Source of the DNA: Azolla caroliniana
Taxonomy: Eukaryota; Plantae; Polypodiophyta
Reading direction: 5' to 3'
Assembly: GCA_043228905.1 (NCBI GenBank)
Contig: JBHGNT010000018.1
Span: 15,252,001-15,316,000 of the forward strand
Length of the DNA stretch: 64,000 bases
The notes under the pieces are model-generated. The model saw only the letters and a program-made list of their open reading frames with translations, was not told the DNA's origin and ran no database searches. The position numbers and the translations under genes are program-made. Below are positions 12,601 through 23,685 of this stretch, one piece after another (positions within the stretch are counted from its first letter, which is position 1; the number at the start of each line of letters is the position of its first letter).

Positions 12601-13898
12601 CAGTGTAAATCTGTGGCAACCCCTTTCGATCGAAACCTTAAATTGGATGCTAACTCCGGCACAGAAGAATGTGAGCCGACCGAATATCGTGAACTAATCA
12701 GGAGCCTCATCTATCTCAGGATCACTCGACCTGACCTTAGCTATCCAGTTGGACTCCTTAGCCAATTCATGCAAACTCCGCGAGATATCCATTTCGATTG
12801 CGCAAAACGAGTATTACGATACGTGAGCAACACAATGGATTACGACATTCTCTACGCATCGGCCACACCAATACGACTCGAAGGGTACACATACATGGAC
12901 TAGGCAAGCTACAAAGCCGATCGACGATCGACCTCCGGATTTGTCTTCTCGCTCGGTAGCGGACCAATATCTTGGAGTAGTAAGAAGTAGCCTACCGTCG
13001 CACTTTCGAGTATGGAGGCCGAATACAGGGGCACAACCGTAGCTGCATGTGAAGCCGTATGGCTCAAGAGGATTTTGAAGGATCTAGGTGTCCCCACCAA
13101 GGATCTTGTTCCACGCACGCACAAAGCATATCGAAGGGCACTATCACTTCATTCGAGAGCGTGTACAGGCCGGAGATGTCGACCTTCAACACATCAACAC
13201 GAATCTTTAGACGACCGACATCTTCACCAAAGCCTTAAGGACCGACAAGCTTCGGTAATTCATGTCAGACCTCGGATTGACGAATCCTGACTTGGCAAGC
13301 TTGAGGGGGAGTACAAGCGAGAATCGGATACCGACCGAACCGGGTACGAGCCGAAACGGATAACGGAGATCGTCTAAACCGGATACCAACTGAAGTGGAC
13401 ATCAACTGAAAGGAATCAACCCGGATTGAGCTTGAGGGGCGTGTTGAGAATCAAGCTCAACATAGCACCACGTGTGAACACACCTTTTGAGAATCTATGA
13501 TTACTCAAAGGTCAAGAGTCATACCATTACTCTCTACACATTAATCATGTGTCATAGAATCATATTCTATGACACATAACTAATGAGTTACATATTCCCC
13601 CTGACTATGAGTCTTCACATTCCTCAAGAGAGAGAGAGTGGTTGTTGTAAAGTTAATGAAGAGAGAGGGTGACTCTATATAAAGCACCCTCCTCATACTT
13701 CATACTAAGTCGGTTGTGACTCCTTATTATGCTACATTTTGTAATTCTTATTCTACGTGTGAAACATACACCTTCTTGAGTATTTTATTTCTCTTGTCTA
13801 TCTATCTAGTGTTCTCTCATCTCTCCTCTAATTCCTCTGACACATACACATAACACATATCTCTTCCGCTACACAAGAATCATACCCGATTATTTACA
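9621..13898 (+). mobile_element. Ty1/copia element C2, both LTRs present, internally deleted and pseudogenised; TSD GTTCC
   Basis: 457-bp LTRs 9621-10077 and 13442-13898; PBS TGGTATCAGAG 10078-10088; PPT before 13442. Gag EKLDRNNFASWEYKMHQY and RT LHQMDVKNAF; protease and integrase core are absent at about 11180. Confidence 0.95.
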
Positions 13899-14016
13899 GT
13901 TCCTCCAATCCACCGCAGCTGACAAAGTGATTGCCCGCTCCACCGGCATAACCGGTTTTTGCCCATACATCAACTCCGTTGGCATGAACCCGGTCACCGA
14001 GCTGTGCGTAGTCCGG

Positions 14017-15057
14017 TGTCGCGAAAATATAACGAGGATACGTGAACTTTGAGGTAGGACCCCGGGGCCTCCGACCGGAAGATATCAGATTCGTATGTTT
14101 ATATTAAACAATTAATACAAATTGAGAAAGATTCACAAATTTCATTAATAAAGGGAAAGAAATTGTACAATAGATCCCAAGATTGGGATTCAGAAGTTTA
14201 GGTTTACTAAGATTAATAGAATAAGAAAAATTAGGGGTTTTAAGAGATATGGCTTCCGTAGGGAAGATTAGGGTTTATCGCTTCCGTAAGGAAATTTAGG
14301 GATCTTGGCTTCCGTAAGGAAATTTAGGGTATATGAGAGATATGGCTTCCGTAGGGAAAATTAGGGTTTATGAGTGTTATGGCCCTGTGAGATCAGGGAA
14401 CCGAGAAGGAAAAGAAAAATAATATATGGAGAGAGAATATAAGTATAGGAAAAAAATGGAATATATATGGAGCTCCCCGTTGATCATATGCATGTCTACT
14501 TTTTGTTACATGGCCTCTACTTTTAGTTGCATAGCTTCTTTAAGTTGCATGGCCTTTTCTTTTAGTTGCATGCGACCGTCCACATGACCTTTACTTTAGT
14601 CTCTTTTACCTTTCTTTAATCAACCACATGATCCTTTTATCCGTTCGATTTGCGTCCAACCTCGTCTGGTCGCCGGTTCCATCCGGTCGCCGATTGTCAC
14701 CGCCAATTTCAGTTTGCTTACCGGCCGGTTTCGGTTTTGCTTACCGGCCGATTTTCGGTTTTGCTTGCCGACCCGGTTTCGGTTTTGCTTACCGGCCGAT
14801 TTTCGGCTTTTGGGAACTTGGCCACCATCATCCATCAAGACAAAGTGGCCAAATTGCTCTTAGCACAAATGAAAATGAGGGTCTCAAGGTGCTTATATAG
14901 CCAGGGCCTTAAGTTTCCTATCTATGTAGGATAAATAATAGTTTTATTTTCCCTATCTTCTCAAACATCCATCTTCTATAACATGCCATTAAGCTAATAT
15001 AAAGTACTTATTTTATTATTATTATTATTTACATAGTGTGAGAAGATTCACACGACA
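14017..15057 (-). repeat. Solo LTR (1041 bp) related to the LTR of AT-rich gypsy G7; 4-bp TSD CCGG
   Basis: TGTCG...CGACA; CCGG at 14013-14016 and 15058-15061; removal restores G2 ALWADRTTHSS. Shares GAGCTCC.CGTTGATC and TTTAGTTGCATGGCC repeats with 60577-61811. Confidence 0.88.
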
Positions 15058-17957
15058 CCGGTCTGCCCACAACGCATAAGGTAGAAGTCATGACCAATTC
15101 CCGACCTGCCCTTCACACGCTCGCACCAACACCTTCACGATTGGCCCGCGCCCTCGTTCTACCTTCTCGTTCGCCTCTTGGTTGAACGCCGTAGTGAGGG
15201 AGAGCTTGACCCCTAACTGGTTGAATAACTCTTCAATTTCATGCGCGTCCAGCTCCCCCCCGATTTGCCACGATCTTTCCTACGCACCCGTACCGGCACA
15301 CCACCTCCTCAATCAGGAAACGGCACACCGCCGCAGTCGTGTTATTCTGCAGTGCGTGGCCCACTACTTGGTTTGTAAATTATTCTTGTGCCAGTACCAG
15401 GTACCGGATCTATCCTACCCCCATCAGCATCGTCACCAAATCTACCATCCACTTGAAATGCAGGGTTGGGGGGTAGGTCGGGTGCAACTCGTCTTGATGC
15501 CGGATCGTGGAGTCAGCTAGCAGCTCTTGCACGCCGTCACGAACCGGTGCACGTCCCGGTATAGCCCCGACCACCAATACTTCTCCTTTAGCTTCTCGAA
15601 TGTGGCCCAAGTCCCGTGGTGACCAGCCCAAGGACTCTCGTGGTATGCCGCGAATAACATCTCCCGACCCTCCTTTCCTGCCACTACTCATAGTGGGACG
15701 CTGCCTCTCTTCTTTGGATGCTTCCATAGGTTCCCGTCCCGTAGGAAGAACCGGTACGCTTTCTTCCGGACTCGGTTAGCTTCGCCTTTCGTCCAGGCGG
15801 CGTCCAGTGTCATTGTCCTCAAGAATCTACCGATCCTGAGACACTCCACTTCGTTTTCACTTTTGTGAAACTCATTAAGCACCGGGGTGCTCCCTACCCT
15901 TGTTAGGCAAGACAACTCGAAGAAGTCCTCGCCGATTTCCTCGTCCTCCAAAACCATGCCGTCCTCGTCGTCAAACCTCACTCTCGAAAGCATGTCGGCC
16001 ATGTCATTGTCCTTTTCGGAGATGTGCCGTACCTCCGTATTCAGGGACTTAATGTACGCAATCCACCGGAGCATTGCCAGGTCCAACATCGCGCATCCGG
16101 AAACCATCCTGAGGATCGGTAGGAAGTTTGTCTCGATTATTACTTCCGTCCCGATAAGATAATCTTTATTGGCCTTGATTGTGGAGACAATACCCCAAAG
16201 CTCGCGCTTAACTTGGGCGTATCCTCGTTGTCGCTCACTGAGTACTTTCGCTCCAAATTGGATAGAGACCCATGTGCCACCCTCGTTTTTCTGATTGATT
16301 ACCCATCCTATCCCGGTCGGGCTCGTATCAACGGTTACATAGATCCGAACGTCCTTGCCGTAAACCGGTTTACGGAGTGCCGGTGCTGCGGTAAGCGCTT
16401 CTTTCAATCTTTGGACAGACTCCGTATGTTCCTCACCCTAGTTGAATTTGCGCCCTTTCTTTAGTAGTCCGTAGAGCGGTTCCGCGATGTGCACGTAATG
16501 CGGAACCCAGATGTGGTAGAACACACATGCCCCGAGGAACCTCCACACCTCTGTTACTGACTTGCACTCCTCCTTCATTGCGGAAATGGCTTCGACCTTT
16601 GCTGAAGACGGTTTCCGGCCATAAGGCCCGCACAAGTGACCGACGACCATGATTTCCGACAGTTCGAAAGTCGACTTCTCCCCGGAGAATGTGAGTTGTG
16701 CACCTTCCAGCCATTGTAGCACCTTCTCGTAGTCTACGATGTGGTCTAAGACGAATTTCTGATACCCATCTGGTCGGACCGTTTCGTCCTTATCCTCCAC
16801 CGGACATCCCTTGATCGAAATGTCATCCAAAAACGGGATGGTGATGTTCGGGATATAGTCCCTTAGCACCTTATTCATCGCATTCACCATGTGCGCTACC
16901 GATTTTGTCCCCCCTTGCGGAAGGGTACACATCCGCAGTAGGCCGAGAGGAGTCCGCATTGTCGTAATATCCTTCCTCTTCATGGCTAGTTGGAACTGGT
17001 CGTACCCAGAGTACAGATCTCCGACTGAGTAAATCGACCTTCCGGCGAAGGCCTCCGTGAACTCGTCAATGTTCGGTTCGATTCCTGCGTTCCGAATGGT
17101 CACCTTGTTGGCTGGCTGCAGGTCTTGAATAAAGCACAACGTGTCGTTCTTCTTAGGCACGGTAAACGCCGGATTCGAGTATGGGGCACTCGACGGTTCA
17201 AGGATGTCCATCCCCACCTTCTGCTTCAGTAGCTCCATCAGCTTTGGGATCTGAGATCTAGGTATTGGAATTGGTTTGAGATTCCACGGCACATGCGGTA
17301 CCGTGAAGATAACCATCGGCTCAACGACCGTCGGGTCCATGCACCTGATCTCTTCCGGCGAGAATGCGAAGGCCTTCCCGTGCCTCCCGAGCATCCTCCG
17401 AAACCGCTCCTCCACCGCTTGTAGTAGAAAGCCACCCCCACCAACCTTGAGCTCCTGTAGCATTATGTTGGTGAATCGATGTCCTATGCTGGCCGGATCC
17501 CGTACACTTGGGTCCGACGCAAACCCTTTTATCCGTAACTCGCTACGCTCCGGCAAGGGTGCCGCGACTGGCCTCACCTTTTGGGCCGTCTGATCCAACT
17601 TGACCCTCTCCCCGAAGTTGGTGATGACTTCGTACATCATTTCTGAACTAATCGGAATCGTCTAGTCTTCGCTGAGGCCTTCTTTGAACATATTCCTTAA
17701 TTCCCCCAAGGTGTCGTCGAAAGAGACCGCTTCCACGCCTCCACCAATCTCATCGTCGGGGCCTAGGACTTCGTGTCGAATACGAGTGTATAATGGCCAT
17801 ATTCACACTGTCCATTTGGACAGCCCAAGTTTGGGCTATTTTTGTAAATAGCATAAAGGGCAATTGCCCTAGGATAGTCACTATATAAAGTGACTTTGTA
17901 ACCTTTAGTGAATGTTGGTTGTCATTTGTAACTGTTGCTATTAAGAAATAAAATGTT

Positions 17958-17998
<41 letters not shown>

Positions 17999-19354
17999 GT
18001 GTATCTGGTTCATTCTCATACACAGGTCCTTCAACATCATAGATGGTGTTTGTTCTTCCGCATTGAAGACCTTGTCCCCAACATTTGGTATCAGAGCGTT
18101 GGAGGTTCTTCAACCCACTGCCGACCGTCATAGTACCCCACACAACACTCTGTTTCTATTTCTCTTGAAGAACAGAGAAGAGAGAAGACAAACAAGAAGT
18201 CACTCCAAGAAGGTTCAACAAACAAGTATCCGAAACCAAACCGACTCGGGTTCAAGACCGACTAGAACGATATCGGGTGAGCCGACTGGCTACACCCCAC
18301 TAAGGTTCCTAGTCAACTCTGAACAGAGTCTTACCAACCGAAACTGAATCAAATGGCATCAACATCCGGCTCATCGGAGATGAGTCTAAGGAGGTTCGAC
18401 GGTTCGAACTTCAACTCCTGGAAGGAACAAATTCAGGACTATCTCATAGTCAAGGGTTAGATAGACCCGATTGAGAATGATAATCCTCCAGAAGCATACA
18501 AGGCAAACGAGTGGCTAAAGCTGGACAGATTTGTCCGCGCCACGATTCGGATGCACTTGTCGGAGTCAGTGTACTTCATAGTGCAATCATGCTCGACAAC
18601 TTTTGAACTTTGGAAAACAATGTCGAAAACTTATGAAAAGAAGGTCGCCGCAACAAAGATGTATCTGATCCCTACAACTTGCAGATGAAAGAATCCAATT
18701 CGGTTCAGGCACACCTCAACGAGTACAAAAGCTTAAGCTCCCAGATAGCGTCTCAGGGGACGACAATAGAGGATGAACTCACAACAATAATACTCCTGAG
18801 TAGTCTCCCCTATCCTTGGGAAACTTTCGTCACAACCATGTGCAATGCTTCAATGTTGAGAATCGAACCTTCTATTCACCTTCTTCGGTCGGCCACAACC
18901 GATTAATCGCGGATCAATGGAGCAGAAAATAGGAACCACACGGAGAAACAAAATAAAACGCGAGTACACAGGGATTAACGTGGAAAACCCTAGACGGGAA
19001 AAACCACGGGAGTACAAGACTCCAAACCAAACACTATACAGAGAAGTATACAATGGCGAGCTGCAAGGCGACGACCTTGAGCTCGCTGTCCTCGCCACAG
19101 GCGGCGGAAATACACAGAGGCGTCTACCTCTTCGTCTCTCGCGCTCTATCTCTCTCTCTCTCTCTCGGCTACTCTCTCTTCACTCCCCTTGAGTGGAAAA
19201 ACAGAAAAATAAGCAGCAACATAAACTGTTTGCCCTAAGTCATATTTATACACATATGACTTTCGGGCTATTTACAAATATAGCCTCAAGGGCTCTTGGC
19301 AAACATATTCACAAATATGTCCCCGCATCCGGATCTCCCTCCGGGTACATTCGT

Positions 19355-19540
19355 CATCCGGCTCCGTAACCGGGTTCTTCAGCATCCGGCTCCGTAGCCG
19401 GGGTATTCATCATCCGGCTCCGTAGCCGGGGTCTTCATCATCCGGCTCCGTAGCCGGGGTCTTCATCATCCGGCACCGTAACCAGGGTCTTCATCATCCG
19501 GCTCCGTAGCCGGGGTCTTCATCATCCGGCACCGTAACCG
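19355..19540. repeat. 28-bp tandem repeat in U3 of the C4 LTR (also about 24217-24400, 47669-47868 and 52478-52705)
   Basis: Unit CATCCGGCTCCGTAGCCGGGGTCTTCAT with period 28 (starts at 19355, 19383, 19411, 19439...). Confidence 0.95.
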
Positions 19541-19611
19541 CAACCGGGCTTGCCGTCATTCATCTCCGGACATCCCATCCGGAGGGACCGAAATCCCAAC
19601 AAACTCCCCCT

Positions 19612-22600
19612 TCACTTCGGCATGGGATGTCTCTCCAATCCGACCCTCTTCCGGCACGCTTCCAGCTTGTCGGGTGTGAGCACTTTGGTCAGCATATCTG
19701 ACCCGTTCTCTTCCGTGTGGATCTTCGTCAGCATGAACTCCTGGTCTTCTATCCTTTCCCGGATCCAGTGATATCTTCGCTGGATGTGCTTCGTCCGGGA
19801 GTGATAGGCCGCGTTCTTCGCAAGGTGGATGGCACTCTGACTGTCGCAGTAGAGTCGGTACTCCTCTTGCCGGATACCGAGCTCTCTAATGAAGTCCTTC
19901 ATCCATATTATTTCCTTGCCGGCTTCAACAGCCGCCATGTACTCCGCCTCCGTGGTTGACAACGCAACCGTCTTCTGCAGCCTCGACTGCCACGAAACAG
20001 CTCCCCCTGCATACGTCATCACATACCCTGATGTGGACCGGCTGGTATCTTCATCAGCCGACATATCCGAATCGGTAAAGCCGTCGAGTTCGGGCTTACC
20101 GGAGCCGAATTGGAGGCACACGTTTGCCGTGCCCTTCAGGTATCGGAGTATCCACTTGACCGCGTTCCAGTGGTCTTTGCCGGGATTGCTCATGTACCGG
20201 CTCACCACTCCGACTGCGTATCCTATGTCCGGTCTTGTACACACCATTGCGTACATCAAGCTTCCGACGGCAGAGGCATATGGTACTTTCATCATGTCCT
20301 CCTTCTCAGCCTTTGTCTTGGGGCTCTGCTTGCTGGACAACTTGCAGTTTGCCGGGAGGGTTGACCCGACCGGTCTTGCTTCCGACATGTTGAACCGGTG
20401 AAGCACCTTTGTCACGTACTTCTCCTGTGACAGCCACAACTGCTTCTTCTTCCGGTCCCGGATGATGTGCATCCCTAGTATTTGCCTCGCCGGACCCAGG
20501 TCCTTCATTGAGAAGGTTCGGTGAAGAGCCTTCTTCAGCATCCGTATCTTGACCTGGTCCCGTCCGACGATCAACATGTCGTCCACGTATAGGAGGAGTA
20601 TTAGAAAGTCTCCTCCTTCGAACTTCTTCACAAACACGCAGTGATCGGACTGCGTTTTGTGGTACCCTTCGTCGGTCATGAAGGAGTCGAACTTCCGGTA
20701 CCATTGCCGGGGAGCCTGCTTCAGTCCGTAAAGGCTCTTCTTCAACCGGCATACCAGGTGCTCCTTCCCTTTCTTCTCGAATCCTTCCGGTTGCTGCATG
20801 TAGATCTCTTCTTCGAGGTCACCGTGAAGGAATGCCGTCTTCACGTCCATCTGTTCTACCTCGAGGTCCATGCTTGCCGCTATGCTCAGCACCGTCCGGA
20901 TGGAGGTCATCTTCACTACCGGGGCAAATATCTCGTCGAAGTCGACGCCCTTCTTCTGCTGAAACCCCTTCACCACGATCCTGGCTTTGTATCTCGGGGG
21001 GTTTCCGGCATCTCCCGGTTTCAGCTTGAACACCCACTTGTTTCGAAGTGCCCGCTTTCCTTTCGGCAACTCCACAAGTGCATATGTGTGGTTCTCATGC
21101 AGGGAATCCATCTCGTCCTGCATGGCACTCAACCACCTGCGGCTCTGGGTGTCATGCTTTGCTTCTTCAAAGCTCTCCGGCTCCCCCTCGTCGGTTAGCA
21201 GCACGTGCTCTGGTTCCGGAAATCTCCGGGGGGCCCTTCTCTCTCTTAGAGGATATCTCCGTTCCGGAGCTTCGGTAACCGGTTCTTCCGATTCTTCTTC
21301 ATCCGAATCCATTTCGGGATCGGGGCCGGTTCCGGTATCATTTTCATCTTCTTCGGCCGGTTTTGTTTCTTCACCGTCTTCGGCCGGATCCTCGAGAGCT
21401 AACCGGTCCCTTGCCGGTCGGGACTGCTCCTCGTAGAGTTGATCCTCACCGGTCGACTTGGAGCTCTTCATCTTCTTCTCCGACTCCCAGTCGGCGAGTG
21501 TCTTGTTCTCCATGAAGATGATATCTCGACTCCTGAATATCTTCTTGTCGACCGGGTCCCATACTCGGTAGCCGAACTCGTCGTCGCCGTAACCGAGGAA
21601 TATGCATGGCCGGGTCTTTGGATCTAGCTTTCCTCTCCGGTCCTTTGCCACATGCACGTATGCGAGACACCCGAACACCTTCAGATGCCGGTAGGACACT
21701 TCCTTACCGGTCCACACTTTCTGCGGCGTGTCTCCGTCCAAAGGTACTGAGGGTGATCTATTTATCACATACGTCGCCGTCGACATTGCCTCAGCCCAAA
21801 ACCCCTTGGGTAATTTCGCATGCGCCAGCATACTCCGGACCCTCTCCATTATGGTCCGGTTCATCCTCTCGGCCAGCCCGTTCAGTTCCGGCGTCTTCGG
21901 CACAGTAAACTCGAGCCGGATCCCCTTCGAGCGACAGTACTCCTGGAACTGCCCCCGGTATTCCCCTCCGTTATCCGCTCGTATCGCTTTCAGCTTCTTG
22001 CCGGATTCTCTTTCCACTCTCGCGTGGAGTTCTTTGAAGACGGACAACACTTGGTCCTTTGTCTTCATCGGTGCCGTCCACAGTCTTCGGCTATGATCAT
22101 CTATGAATGTTACGAAGTACTGGGCTCCGCCATGTGACTTCGTTTCTACCTGACACACATCGGTGTGCACCAACTCCAATGGTGCGCTACGTCTCGTCGG
22201 TGGCCTTGAGTGGAAGGAGGTTCGGTTCTGCTTACCGGCCAGGCAATCGGTGCACTTTTCCAGGTGCACATGCTTCACTGGGATAAGGTTGTCTTCTGCA
22301 AGCCTCTTCATCCCCTTCTCACTCATGTGGCACAGTCTTTTGTGCCACAGCTCACCGGCAGTGTCGGCTGCCACATTCAGCTCTTCCGGACATAGCCGGG
22401 AGTTCATCAGGTACAGTGTGTTGACCTTCCGGGCCCGAGCCACTATCAGGCTCCCCTTGCTGAACTTCATGACACCGTTCCGGATGCTACCCGTGTAGCC
22501 TTCATCATCTAGCCTCCCGGCCGAGATCAGGTTCAATCGGACTTCCGGAACGTGTCGCACATCCTTCAGCAGCATCTTGCATCCGGTTGATGTCATCAGC

Positions 22601-23685
22601 CACACGTCTCCTATGCCGGCAATCCGGCATGTGCCTTCATTTCCCATCCGGACACAGCCATGCTCACCGGCTGTGTAGGATGAGAAGTATTTCTTCTCCG
22701 GGGTCAGGTGGAACGACGCTCCGGAATCGACCACCCAGGTCATCTCTACACCGGCAAGGTTCAGCTCCCTCTCTTCGGTAATGAGCATTATCTCTTCTTC
22801 ACTTGCCGCGAGTGCCGTCGTTCCTTTCCGGTCCTGCCCTCGCCGATCCGGACCTCTCCGGTCCGTGGCTCCCCGGTATGCACCGTTTCTCTCCGGTGAC
22901 TTCTTCGAATCGGTGTCGTCGGCTCCGTTGTCCTTTCGGTAATGCCGACAATTCTTCCGGAAGTGCCCCGGCTTCCCACAGTGGAAGCATGTGGGCCTTC
23001 CTCTTGACTGCGACCGGGTCCCCGACTTCTCCCGTCTTTGCGGACTCCGGTTCCATTGTCTTCCCCGATCCGATTCGGTAAGCAGCGCCTTCGAGTCGGA
23101 GGCCGGTTCTTTATCTCTCCGACGCGCTTCTTCGTTCAAAATGCTTGTCTTTACCGTTTGTAGAGACAAGTTATCTTCGGTGCAGGAGGTGCTGAGAGTC
23201 ACCACCAAGTTCTCCCAGCTTTCCGGCAATGTACACATCAGAATGATGGCTTGCATTGCATCCTCCAACGGGAACTTGATCGCCGCAAGCTGGTTCACGA
23301 ATCCCATGAACGTGCTTACGTGTTCCACCATACTCTCGCCGTCCCGGTACTTGAGATTCACTATCTTCCTCATCAGGGAGGTCCGGTTCAACGCATTCTT
23401 CCTCTCATAGAGGCCCGACAGCTTCCGCCACATCTCATATGCGTTGGTGTCGTTCGCCACATGTTGTAGAACGCTCACGTCGACGTATTGCCGAATGGTT
23501 GCAACGGCTTTCCGGTTCAGAAGCCTCCATTCCGACTCAAGTACCCCTTTCGGTATTTCCGACCTGTCAATCGGTTCGTACAGGTCCCGAACAATCAGAA
23601 GATCCTCCATCTTGATCTTCCAGTCGGCGTAATTCAGCGCATTCAGCACCATCATTCCCGGCTGCCCGCTGCCGCCGCCTTCCAT
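19612..23685 (-). CDS. Copia gag-pol polyprotein (gag, zinc knuckle, protease, integrase, RT, RNase H), uninterrupted
   Basis: Open frame of about 1357 aa from ATG 23685: CFHCGKPGHFRKNC, WVVDSGAS, LVHTDVC/ADNGGEY/GLAERMN, YVDDML, FTDSD...STTEAEY...CDSQSA. Confidence 0.97.
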   Translation of the reverse strand: MEGGGSGQPGMMVLNALNYADWKIKMEDLLIVRDLYEPIDRSEIPKGVLESEWRLLNRKAVATIRQYVDVSVLQHVANDTNAYEMWRKLSGLYERKNALNRTSLMRKIVNLKYRDGESMVEHVSTFMGFVNQLAAIKFPLEDAMQAIILMCTLPESWENLVVTLSTSCTEDNLSLQTVKTSILNEEARRRDKEPASDSKALLTESDRGRQWNRSPQRREKSGTRSQSRGRPTCFHCGKPGHFRKNCRHYRKDNGADDTDSKKSPERNGAYRGATDRRGPDRRGQDRKGTTALAASEEEIMLITEERELNLAGVEMTWVVDSGASFHLTPEKKYFSSYTAGEHGCVRMGNEGTCRIAGIGDVWLMTSTGCKMLLKDVRHVPEVRLNLISAGRLDDEGYTGSIRNGVMKFSKGSLIVARARKVNTLYLMNSRLCPEELNVAADTAGELWHKRLCHMSEKGMKRLAEDNLIPVKHVHLEKCTDCLAGKQNRTSFHSRPPTRRSAPLELVHTDVCQVETKSHGGAQYFVTFIDDHSRRLWTAPMKTKDQVLSVFKELHARVERESGKKLKAIRADNGGEYRGQFQEYCRSKGIRLEFTVPKTPELNGLAERMNRTIMERVRSMLAHAKLPKGFWAEAMSTATYVINRSPSVPLDGDTPQKVWTGKEVSYRHLKVFGCLAYVHVAKDRRGKLDPKTRPCIFLGYGDDEFGYRVWDPVDKKIFRSRDIIFMENKTLADWESEKKMKSSKSTGEDQLYEEQSRPARDRLALEDPAEDGEETKPAEEDENDTGTGPDPEMDSDEEESEEPVTEAPERRYPLRERRAPRRFPEPEHVLLTDEGEPESFEEAKHDTQSRRWLSAMQDEMDSLHENHTYALVELPKGKRALRNKWVFKLKPGDAGNPPRYKARIVVKGFQQKKGVDFDEIFAPVVKMTSIRTVLSIAASMDLEVEQMDVKTAFLHGDLEEEIYMQQPEGFEKKGKEHLVCRLKKSLYGLKQAPRQWYRKFDSFMTDEGYHKTQSDHCVFVKKFEGGDFLILLLYVDDMLIVGRDQVKIRMLKKALHRTFSMKDLGPARQILGMHIIRDRKKKQLWLSQEKYVTKVLHRFNMSEARPVGSTLPANCKLSSKQSPKTKAEKEDMMKVPYASAVGSLMYAMVCTRPDIGYAVGVVSRYMSNPGKDHWNAVKWILRYLKGTANVCLQFGSGKPELDGFTDSDMSADEDTSRSTSGYVMTYAGGAVSWQSRLQKTVALSTTEAEYMAAVEAGKEIIWMKDFIRELGIRQEEYRLYCDSQSAIHLAKNAAYHSRTKHIQRRYHWIRERIEDQEFMLTKIHTEENGSDMLTKVLTPDKLEACRKRVGLERHPMPK

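Larger units (their letters stand above)
7860..17773 (-). mobile_element. Ty3/gypsy element G2 (3' LTR about 7860-8480, PPT, integrase, RNase H, RT), split by three insertions; 5' part missing
   Basis: ORFs 16438-17640 (RT, FLDD), 15688-16407 (RNase H, DTSPTGIGW) and 8554-8823 (integrase C-terminus). PPT GGTGGGGGTGGA (reverse complement at 8481-8492). Confidence 0.9.

Noticed and set aside
17962-17994. CT/AG and CA microsatellites (also about 7210-7232 and 1946-1966)
   Set aside because: Ordinary components of LTR R/U5 regions.
19355-19540. 28-bp palindromic repeat array resembling CRISPR
   Set aside because: Units are head-to-tail with no unique spacers, lie inside LTR U3, and no cas genes are present.
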